Made by a program: the position numbers and the translations under genes. From Perna viridis (taxonomy: Eukaryota): DNA of 64,000 nucleotides. The notes beneath the pieces are model-generated. The model was not told where the DNA came from and searched no databases. It worked only from the letters and a program-made list of their open reading frames with translations. This document shows, one piece after another, positions 53,961 through 64,000 of the stretch (within the stretch, counting starts at the first letter, position 1; every line of letters starts with the position of its first letter). The DNA lies in NCBI GenBank assembly GCA_037379345.1, contig CM074512.1, positions 3,658,001 through 3,722,000 on the forward strand, given 5' to 3'.

Positions 53961-55141
53961 GTAAACATTTATATGGTATGTGTAGCCCGTAGTAGAAACT
54001 GCCGTCACCCATGACTTTACACCTCATTTATGAGTTTTCTTGTTAGATAGGTATTGCACCAGTTGATGCCTCCCCTTAAATCTTACCATCCGTTCATCAA
54101 CACACACACATTTTGATGCAATCTGTCGTGAAAAATAATACAATGTTTAAGTTAACGGACACAGCGTGTAAAATAAATCCACAATGACATTTAAATTTAT
54201 TTCATTGTCAATATATGTCAGAAATTTCAAAAGATTTACTAATCGTAGTCTGTCCATATTCTTAACGTCAGTGTAATTTATTGTAATAACTTGCATGTAA
54301 GTTGATATTTTATTTCGACGATTTCGATATGCAAAATTAGAAACTTAATTAGATGACGAGATAATTTTTTTAAATAAGTCTCTGAAAAATGAATTAAAAA
54401 GAGTTGTTTTTTTTTTTCAACTATAAAAAGTAGGAAATAATATGTATCTTGCAATATCAATAGAATACATTGCAAATAAAGACGGATAACTTGGAAACGG
54501 TTCAGTGACGTCACTTGAGAAAAACTTGGTGTGTGTCCATGGACTGACTCCGTGCATTATTCTCCCAATATGATTCATATGTTGGCTTTTTTACAACTCC
54601 CATAGTGAGCACCAAACCTATAAATGCGAGCATTTCCTGACGGTTTACCGGTGTCCAATACCTACATCTAACATATTTTGGTAATATTCTCGGTGGCCTT
54701 GTCTTAGCAGCTATACTTTGTTCTGCATATCTGTTTGTTTATGTAATTAAAATGTCAACAATACTATTATCTACAACCTCTAAAAACTTCAAATAGTAAT
54801 CCAATATATAGATATGTTGGTTCCAAAGTTGACAGAACCAGTTACCTCAATAAAAGTTGGATCTAATAGTGAAAAACTTGCTGGATCGACTACGTTAAAG
54901 CATGGTCCTCGGTTTATACGGGCTCCACCGTCAATATCCTGATCAGAATCTGTATCGGAAAACGCTACATTAGAATCTATAACCGATCCATAATCAGATA
55001 TGCCATCGTCGGCAATATTTTGCGGATCCGTCTATATTATGACGTCATGTACGCAACAACGTCACAATGCGACGTCGTCATACATTTTCGAACACACATA
55101 TCCGTTATTTTCCTAACTTTATACAAAATGTTTTAGCTTAA

Positions 55142-56689
55142 ACCTTTGAGTGCCAGGGCTTTTCCTTTATTTTGCCAAGGAAGAATTTGAAGATTCAAAT
55201 TTAACTGTCCTGCTTATGACGTAGACAATAACCTAACGTCACAAGAAAGGGCAACAACGGCGGGGTGATCGAACGCAGAAAGAAATAGACGAAAAATATC
55301 ATCTGGATGTTTTTAAATATATGTATATATTACTGTCAAGTTTTAGCACATATACGTAATGACGTACTTACATACATAAAAATGTACCAAAAATTGAAAA
55401 GAAAAAAAGTAAAAAAATATTGTAAAAAGAATATAATTAGACATTTCACAAGAAGTGTTTTCAACTTGTCGATTTTCTAAGTAAATCTTATTTACCGCAT
55501 TAGACCTTTTTAATACTTAAACCTATAGTTAGCACACAAAAATATTTCACAAGCCGCTATATTTACACTGATATTGATTTGAAAAGGATATAATAAGCTA
55601 TTAAAACATCTAAGAAGTAAGTTGAATTTCATATCCATTCTCCTTCAATAAGTACAGTTTAAAAAACAAATAGAAGTAAAAAAAAAAACTAATTACTTTA
55701 TTACAAATCCTATATGAGAGAGTTTACTCATTGCTTTCATGTATCCAAACTAATGGGACTATGTATGAAATGACACCTGCGTTCCAAAGCTAGAAACATA
55801 GGAGCAGTTTCTTTTTCTTTCCATATGATGTAGCTTGCAATGTTGTGTTTGGTTAAATGGTTTGTTTATGCCAGCAGTTATATTAGCAGCTTATAATTCG
55901 GGACATTGAAAGGAATCCTACAAACTTTTGTAAAACCTTTAGGAAATATATAACCTTCTCTTTTCCCTAATTAGTGAGTACTTGGCGCTAGTACATGTTA
56001 GAAGATTAGTTTTCATAATGATATGTTCAGCTGACAAATTCTTCCGTGCAATCGATGTCAACTTTGAGAGAAATCATTGCGCAATATTTGCGATTTTATT
56101 AGTAATAAATACATGCACATAATGTATCGTTGAAATTATATGTTTATATAGTTTAAAGTTTATCATTATTTTTCTGTTTTGCTTTTTTTTGTTATTTCTT
56201 TTACACGTTTTTCTATTTTTTCCCTGTACGAAATACTTAAGAATACATGTTGATTTAAGTAGATTGCACTGGAGGTAAAAACCAAGAGAAGTTAATAAAA
56301 TGTGAATATTTGATCAATAGATGACGACGAGCAGAAACAAGAACAAAATTTGCAAGGAATTTTTTTTGGGCGTTTTTTTAATATGTACAGTCTACCCCGT
56401 GAAGCATCTCACGAATAATCACGTTCAGAACTGTGACGTCACTGACATTATTGCAGAACAATCGACTTGCTGAATGTGTAGATAACAGTTTCCAAGGCAA
56501 TATATAGGCTCTTGGCAAAATACGAGAGTATGAAAAGCCTATTTATAGGCTCTTTGGCATAGTAAGGGTTAAAATATGATAGTTTCAACTTTATTTATTG
56601 TTTTAGTAAAAAGTCGTAAAAACGACGAAAATGTCGCTTTTGGCGCTCTAGCGGTAAACGACAAAAATGTCGCTTTGGCGCTAAAAGGG
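55142..56689. mobile_element. Non-autonomous piggyBac, 1.55 kb
   Basis: TTAA at 55138-55141 and 56690-56693; TIR aCCTTTGAGTGCC / GGCGCTAAAAGGG; subterminal repeat ACGACxAAAATGTCGCTTT twice. Confidence 0.8.
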
Positions 56690-57134
56690 TTAACAAGTTC
56701 TGTGCCACTTGTTGTTTCCATGGCGTCACAGTAGCAAGGCCTTTGTGACGACAAAACGTGACATTGAGAGCCAAAAAGGGGAGGATTCATAAAGGAAAGT
56801 TTTGGTAGTTCGTCATTCATTTCATATATAAATTTTAATATCCTTGGCTGGGTGATTGGACTCGGGAAGATTTGAAGTGAAAAATACTTTGAAATCGTCT
56901 GGTTTCTTTTCTTTGGAATGTTTGCGTTGGGTGACGTCAACATGTTTCCTACGAATCGGAATCATAACGTTTCGCGCGCTTTTCATTTTTGGGTATTTTT
57001 GACGTTTTTAGAGCATGAGAAAAACAGAATCTACACTCAAAGCTTGTTGATTATGAATTTCTCACATCTCGTGAAATAAATTTTAAAGTTTAATAGCTCG
57101 GCAAGCCTCGCGATCATTCTCATTCTCACCACAA

Positions 57135-58110
57135 CGTTTCAATGTCGTCTGCCGAAACGTAGGCGTTATATTTGGATGGCCACCCTTGAAATTTATAAAT
57201 ACTCAGTTTTTCCTCCACGCTTTCGCTTTTTAATTATTTTCCCACAATTCATAGACTGTTTTCATCTTTGTCTACTCGCTGCAATTCGCTCTCCTAAAAT
57301 GTATCCTTAATAGATTCATCTCTATAAAAATCAGTTAACGTGTACAGGTTGATGTTCTGACGCTTAAACCGGTGTGCCACTTTAAAAAAATTCCACTGTA
57401 CACTTTTGACTGTAACTACGATCGAAAATATGTTTGGTGTGTGAAATTAGAACCAGTGAACCAATTTTAAACTTGTATTGTCGCTTCCGTCTTTTTGCTT
57501 TCTTCTCCCGCACCTCTAACTTGACTAGGGATTCTGTACGACTCGGTTTTTCTCTTTCTTGACAGGGACCGTTCAAGTACTGCTGAGCCCACACGCCAGC
57601 CTCGTTGTGTTCATTCACGTCGTTAGGTGCTAAATTACTTAGAGATCTGTGAGGTGTGATGTTGTAACTTTGAACTATTTTTTATAAGATATCCAGATAT
57701 CGATGCGATCTTTTCCTGGTGAAGTATCGGAAAAGTTTATTTCGAATGGTCTGAATTACGCGTTCAGCGTAATTTGCTTTCTTCTCGTTCTGCGAGACAA
57801 AGTGGCGTACATTGTATTCCTGAAACAATCGCTGTAACAATTTCGACAGGAAACACCGGTCTTTATCCGTGCGAACTTTTTTCGAGTGGTGTTTGCTACT
57901 GCCGATTTTGATTTTGCAGCTTCCATCCAAAGGTGTCGACTGAAAACGTCAGCACATACAAATACCCCGAATTTGAATTGGAAATATTACTTGAATTAAA
58001 TCGGTGTCCAGGTGTTTTTTTGCAAAGAATAATTGTCTTGTGCATTTAACCATCGTCGAATTTTGTGAACTTTTTTCCCATTAGCATTCACAACTTGATA
58101 CAATTTACTG
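57135..58110 (-). pseudogene. Polinton/Maverick retroviral-like integrase with C-terminal chromodomain
   Basis: KVRTDK..F..KANYAERVIQTIRNKLFRYFT..RYLDIL*KIVQSYNITPHRSL..KFKIGSLVLIS..IFDRSY..KKRKRGGKTEYL..GWPSKYNAYV; stops, frameshifts and an internal deletion. Confidence 0.85.
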
Positions 58111-58770
58111 GTGTGAATACGTCATGGCATAACGGACCCCCTAAAAAAAATGGGGACTTTTCGGTAATTTCCATTGGTAATTTGGTGTAATCATATAATT
58201 TGAATGACCTGAGTAACTCATTCTCAGGTGTGAACTAACGAGCAGGTGGTCGTGTTCCATTTGGTTACATGTATTCAGCTGGGTCGTGTTTTAATTTTTT
58301 TTACCAATTTTATTTAAAAAAAACACGTTATGTTTTCTTTTGTTTATTTGATATTCGTTGTTTTTGTATGAACAAACCAAGGAGAAGCGGCTCTACAGAT
58401 GACAACTCTTCCCGGTATTTTATTTCAGGATATGACTACTGCTGATTTGCAAGAGATGTTGAATTAGATTGAGCCGTGGAAGGTGAAAGAATGTACCTGC
58501 ATCATTAATATATATCCCTTAAAAGGAGGACGCGGATCGATATAGAGGTGCCGCTCATTGACAACGATAACTGAGTTAACTGCTTAATTGTGATTTAATT
58601 ACGACTCCCAATTTTTGTCAATCTGTTGTTAATGAGTTGTCCCTCACTGACAAAGGTAATTGAGTTAACACCTATGTAATGACATCATAATGTGCTAATT
58701 ACATTAAGGAGCCCCTCAATCCCCTCAAACCCCTAACAAAATGGTGGGGGCACTCTCATTTTATACTACT
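58110..58770 (-). mobile_element. Putative Polinton terminus / TIR region
   Basis: Minus strand begins AGTAGT (58770-58765) followed by G-run motifs, about 650 bp upstream of the integrase. Confidence 0.5.
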
Positions 58771-60688
58771 TATTTAGTAAAATGATTTTATTTTCACACC
58801 TTAAGTTTTCTATAAATTTGTCCTCTTGGTTGTATTATCAACTTCGTTCTGTATAGTTATGGCAAGAAAAAGCATCAATATCCGATTTGTACCTTCATTT
58901 TCCGGAGCTGAAAAACAGCATGACAGCTTCATTTGCGTATACTTGTATATTGAGAGCCAAACCAGTCTCGGAAAATATTCCCTAGTTTCGATAATTAAGT
59001 ACAAATTTAAATCGAATCAAAGCTCTTCCAAGATAGGGTTGGTCATAATAGTCTGCAGTATTACGATTATTTCAAGATCCTAAATTCCAGAGATGATGAT
59101 AATGATTCAGCTGACATTAACATCAACCAGATTTGTGATGGTACTGTGAATGAAGAAATCTTAAACAGTGTTTTAACAGAGCAAGAAGTTGTTGATGCCA
59201 TCAAGAATCTTAAAAAACGGAAAGTATGCAGGTACAGACAATATTATAAACGAGTTTTTAAAATACTCTGATGAGAATTTGATATCTATTTATTGTAAGC
59301 TATTTAATATAATTTTAGATTCAGGTGTCATACCAGAGTCTTGGACAACTGGTATCATTATACCAGTGTATAAAAATAAGGGTTCTAAGACAGACCCAAC
59401 TAATTATAGACCTATCACCTTGATCAGCTGTCTTGAAAAAATTTTCACATCCATTATTAACATGTGACTTAGTTCACTTGCAAGTGAAATTAATCTGCTT
59501 TCAGAAAAACAAGCAGGCTTCAGAAAAGGTTACTCTACAGTTGACAACATATTTGTATTGCATGCTCTGGTTGAATTATATTTTGCATTTGGAAAGAAAC
59601 TTTTTTTTGTACTTTTATTGATTTTAAAAAGGCGTTTGATTCTGTTTCCAGGTCTTGTCTTTGGGAAAAGCTGCAAAATTATGATAAAAATGGGAAGTGT
59701 TTCAAAGTGATTTATATGTACCAAGGAATCAAATCACGTGTTAGATGTAATGGTTGTGAATCGGATTTCTTTCCAGGTTTAACAGGGGTCAGACAAGGTG
59801 AAAATTTATCTCCTTGTCTCTTTTGTATATTTTTGAATGATTTAGAGGATTATTTTAAAAAGTTTAGAAGGTCAAGGGTTAGATACTATCAAGACTAGAT
59901 TTAGTGAAGAACTCCATATTTATTTTGAGTTATTTGTGATTTTGCCGACGATACAGCTATTTTATCAGAATCAGAGGAAGGTATGCAACGATGTTTAAAT
60001 ATTTTTCAGTCATACTGTGATAAACACTTCTAAAACAAAGGTTATTGTTTTCAGTAAAAGAAAGTGCAAGGATGATTTTTTATTTACTTTATATGGCGAA
60101 AATTTAGAACGTGTTGATACTTTTTCATATTTAGGTGTTATATTCAAGTATAATGGTTATTTAATTTTAACTGGAAAGAAAATGATAAATCAGTCACAAA
60201 AAGCTTTACACTTAATTTATAAATGTATTCGAAATGAAAATATTCAAATAGTCTTACAATTAAAAATGTTTGATTCAATTATTGAACCAATTTTACTATA
60301 TGGTTGCGTTTAAAATATTGTAAGCGAATATTGAAAGTATGAAATACTACTCCAAATTTTTGTGTCTATGGGTAATTGGGAAGATTTCCACTAGAAAATC
60401 GTGTAAAAATGAGAATGGCATCTTATTGGAGCAAACTTATGTCAAATGAATCTAAATTAAGCAGTATTCTTTATAAACGTATGTTAAATCTTAATGATCA
60501 GTATTCTTTCAAATGGATTAATTGTATAAAATTTTTATTTTACAAGAATGGCCTTGGGTATATTTGAGTGAATCAATCAGATTTTTATCAAAAGAAGATG
60601 TATCTTAAGCAGATTTTATCAGATCATTTTTTTTTGCAAGATGGAATAATGAAATTTCAACATCTTCTAGAGGACAGTGTTATATATC

Positions 60689-60878
60689 TGTACATAACGG
60701 GAGAGCAGGATTTGACTCCCAAAATTATACTCCGCCACCGAGGATCGAATCCTATACCGCTCGGTGACAAACCAGCAACAAACCGATTCGGCTAAAGAAT
60801 TAATCCTTTAGTTAAGTCAATTAACTGGCTATTTAAATATCACTACCTACTACAACACAGGTAGGCCGTCCTGTCACA
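60689..60878. mobile_element. 190-bp TG..CA element with 4-bp TSD (solo-LTR-like)
   Basis: TATC duplicated (60685-60688, 60879-60882); TGTACATAACGG / CCGTCCTGTCACA; the host LINE frame is restored on removal. Confidence 0.75.
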
Positions 60879-61087
60879 TATCTTTTAAAAATGAATTTGG
60901 TTTAGAGAAATATTTAATTCGGATGAATGAAAAAAAATAAGTATGGTTAACAAAATTTAGAGTTTCTAATTTGAGAATTCCTGTAGAAACAGAAAGGTAG
61001 AAAATATTCCTAAACATGAAAGGTTTTGTACTCTATGTGAAAATAGTATTGGTGATGAATTTCATCTGTTATTTATATGCCAAAGTG

Positions 61088-61464
61088 TATAGCAAGCCAA
61101 AGTGGATAAAAATGCATATAAATCAATTATAAATATTTATAACTCAATCCAAAGTGGAAAAAATGCCTATTTATAAATATTTTTATAGATGAATTATAAA
61201 TATTTATAAGTGTCTTGGATTTATAAATATTTATAATCCAACTATAAATATTTATAAGTGATTTATGAATATTAACAAATGAATTATAAATATGTATAAA
61301 TGAATTATACATATGTATAAATGAATTATAAATATTTATAAATATAAGACAGTTATTAATATTTATAATTCATTTGTAATATTTATAATTCATTTTTAAA
61401 TATTTATAATTTAATTATAAATATTTATAAATAGGCATTTTTGTCCACTTTGGCTTGCCATATA
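61088..61464. mobile_element. IS3EU-like fold-back MITE with AT-rich internal repeats
   Basis: TAT..ATA termini; GCAAGCCAAAGTGGA / TCCACTTTGGCTTGC TIR; AAAGTG duplicated. Confidence 0.75.
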
Positions 61465-61914
61465 AAAGTGAAGTAATTGTCAGTTTGAGAAATAGATTTT
61501 TACCAGATTACTATATCAAATATCCAAGTTAGTTAAAATGGAAGGTTTGCTATCAATTTGTAACGGTGAGGTTTACAAACGACTTTGTATTTTTATAAAA
61601 AGAAAAGCTGCATTATTTTGAAACCATACATAATTATATTGTCTATTGTTATTGTGAATACTATATTAGTATTTTCGATATAATTTCGATATAATGAACC
61701 AAATCGTAATCAAAAACATAATTAAACGATACAAATCGAAACGGAATTAAGCAAAAAGAAATCTTATAAGACGTTTCGCAAATTTTAAGAACCATAATAT
61801 TTACCAGTGTCGGACAATTCGACCCAAAGACATTTCGGATCATGGCAACCAATAATTCCTTATGAATGCCGGAGATTTTGGTCAATAGATATATCAGACA
61901 TTGACAATTAGTAT

Positions 61915-63161
61915 TGTAGTAGGGTTGGGGCACTAGGCCAAAGAAAATTAACTGCTTACTATATGTATAACTACATTTATTAGTTCGAGCACTTTCCGTC
62001 AACTTTGGACATACAGGAAAGAAAAACACCCTGTAATATAATAATGACAATAAGCTACATATATGGAAAGTGTACAACATTATAAATAATAACACCTAAA
62101 AGTATTCACACATTAAAGCACATAGCAGAGTTCTCTTAGAACAACCGGGCACTATATTTTAAAAGGAAATAACTAACTGCGTCTTGTAAGTAGTGCATGT
62201 GTCTACACTGCAAAATGAATATAGAATGTTTTGCTAACTTAAGACAAAAATACAGATTAACTACTAAATCAATTATGCGCTGTTCCAGAATTCACATAAT
62301 ACGAATTGCTTGTATAACTACGCAGTTCAAAATATAGAAAATATAAAACACAATCATTCTCTTAAAATAACTTAGCAATTAAAGTATACTTTGTAAGTTT
62401 GTACAAAGGCTTTTCGTACGTCTCGAATAAACAGGTATCAAACAGTCGTACCTGCAGTACAATATACAAATCATAATACCTTTTTTTCAGAAATAGTGCT
62501 GCGGAAAACAAAATTTACATCATAGTTATAAATGAATACAGTTTAGATATTTGGCACTTTACCAACGAAAATGTACGTTCGCACATATTTTAGTGAATCA
62601 GGTTTTAGACATTTTAACTTTTAAACCGCAACTGGTTTTCTTTAAAATAAATTGCGTTAAATCTTTTTACCAACTATCGCTCGTCAGTTACTCACTTCGA
62701 CCGCACATCTGCTCAAAGCCATTCATACCTATACTTACACTAAATCGTGAATTTTAGAGCTAGAAAATTAGAATAATTAGTAAAGAGAATGGAAAACTAA
62801 CCTGAGAATAAATATTGAATCAGTACACAAAATTCTACAATACTCCCTGTAACATTAGCACATCTGATAAGCTCGACTATTAAATTCCCTCTGACAAGAT
62901 TCCCGCCGAATAATTTCAATCTGAACTCAAACCAGTAAAATTCAATACCTAAAACACAAATTTCACACATGAGCGAATCTGAAGTACCTGAACTACATGA
63001 ATCTACTCCCAGTACAAATATAGCTTGAATAAACAAAAAAAAAAATAAGACACTACAATACAAATATAATCTGTACTGAAATATAAAAATAATTAACACA
63101 ACGAAAATGCACAAGTAAAACTATAAATATACATACATACCAAAAATACCACCATACCACA
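61915..63161 (-). repeat. Putative 3' LTR of the Gypsy element
   Basis: Follows a polypurine tract GGGGGGAA; begins TGTGGTATGG and ends CCCTACTACA on -; AATAAA about 60 nt before the end. Confidence 0.6.
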
Positions 63162-64000
63162 CATTCCCCCCAACTGCAAAAATAACGTCCCGTCATTACA
63201 GCTAGTGTGGATGGATGATGTCTAGTACAGAAAGAGCTGATTCTCTGGTTAAGCCAGTCTCTCTAAACAGAGGTGTCTGTGCTAAAGTTGCCAGCTATTC
63301 AGCTTTCTGTCGCCACTAAGGTAAACTGGACGGTACAGCTGCCATGCTGGTTTCAAACTGTCCAGATCGAAGCCAAGCTGGTTATCTTCGCATCCTACCA
63401 GACCGTCTGACATGCATGGGTGATGCCTGTTCTGACTCCTCAGACATATCACTATGGACGGAGTGACCATCAGTGATATCCTCAGCATTGAAAGCACTTC
63501 TCTGTGACTCCTCAGATTGGGCGTCCCCAATCGAGCTGCCATTGTCAATTGGTACATCCATGTTAACAGCATGTCTCAGCAAGAGTTGACTCGCTGTCTA
63601 CTGTCCACACGGACCCAACATCGGACTCCTCAATTACTGTTGATTCAGTTTCATCAACTGATTCGTCTTCTGTCGACTTTGCTGTTTTTAGTCTAGTTCT
63701 TGGGCGTGGCACTAGCTTTGGTTTTTCTGCAAGCCTACCCTGGTCTCTAATGTAACCCACAGGAAGTAACAAGTTTCGGTGAAGCTTCTTGATATTTCCC
63801 TTTCCATCCTCTGGGGTGACAGCAAAGACTGGCACCTCTGGATTTGGCTGGCCTACAAACAACATAAGGTGTGTCTTCCCACTTGTCTGCCAACTTGTGT
63901 CGTCCCCCGAAATGAAGTATCTTCACCAGAACTCTATCACCCGTCTGGATGGCGGCACCTCTAATGCAGACATCATATCCTTCTTTATGGATTGCCTGTG
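61915..64000 (-). mobile_element. Gypsy/Ty3 LTR retrotransposon 3' end (integrase C-terminus, PPT, LTR), frameshifted
   Basis: GDRVLVK..GRHKLADKWEDTPYVV / QPNPEVPVFAVTPEDGKGNIKKLHRNLLLPV; continues beyond the window. Confidence 0.85.

Larger units (their letters stand above)
51068..55050 (-). pseudogene. piggyBac (PGBD4-like) transposase pseudogene with spliceosomal introns
   Basis: LTMGVVKKPTYESYW; NRFQVIRLYL; VDERMVRFKGR; GYQVVMDLM..VDSFFT; IPAAIQRYNYRMRRVDIGDQ; C-terminal CVVC..WWCPEC..RC..YH; stops and frameshifts present. Confidence 0.88.
50325..55137 (-). mobile_element. Decayed autonomous piggyBac element (one end visible)
   Basis: TTAA|CCCTTTGTGGACC terminus at 50321-50337, downstream of the transposase; other terminus not found. 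Confidence 0.7.
59062..61655 (+). mobile_element. 5'-truncated, decayed LINE (RTE-X-like) reverse transcriptase
   Basis: NYRPITLISCLEKIFT, QAGFRKGYST, FIDFKKAFDSV, GVRQGENLSP, ADD, YLGV, PILLYG, LGRFPL, CTLC..GDEFHLLFIC; many frameshifts. Confidence 0.88.

Noticed and set aside
57136-57162. ACGTTTC..CTGCCGAAACGT as a hammerhead
   Set aside because: No CTGANGA core; it is chromodomain coding sequence of the integrase on the other strand.
61661-63114. 144-aa and 105-aa minus-strand ORFs
   Set aside because: Low-complexity T-rich frames overlapping the putative LTR; not protein-like.

Overview
AT-rich animal genomic DNA; the repeat content resembles a bivalve mollusc (inference from recalled families, not tested). 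Two convergent spliced genes occupy the first 47 kb. On + are the last 7 coding exons of a KCTD3/SHKBP1-like BTB-WD40 gene (1703-12635; its 5' part is outside the window). On - is a complete 15-exon SRP54 gene (46741-18264, about 501 aa, all GT-AG and phase-consistent). An RNase MRP RNA gene (about 23304-23555, +) with a TATA box and T4 terminator sits antisense inside SRP54 intron 10. Introns contain many MITEs, SINE-like elements, Penelope relics and minisatellites; several tandem duplications copy exon-intron junctions. The last 16 kb is a nest of dead mobile elements: Polinton remnants (major capsid, integrase, AGTAGT terminus), an intron-containing piggyBac transposase pseudogene, non-autonomous piggyBacs, an RTE-X-like LINE with two nested inserts, and the 3' end and LTR of a Gypsy element. 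Best novelty candidates: a full-length, TSD-flanked short retroelement whose head is a pseudoknot instead of a tRNA (two copies), the nested RNase MRP gene, and recurrent splice-junction duplications. Most ORFs in the supplied track are spurious. All family assignments come from motif recognition by eye; no searches were run.
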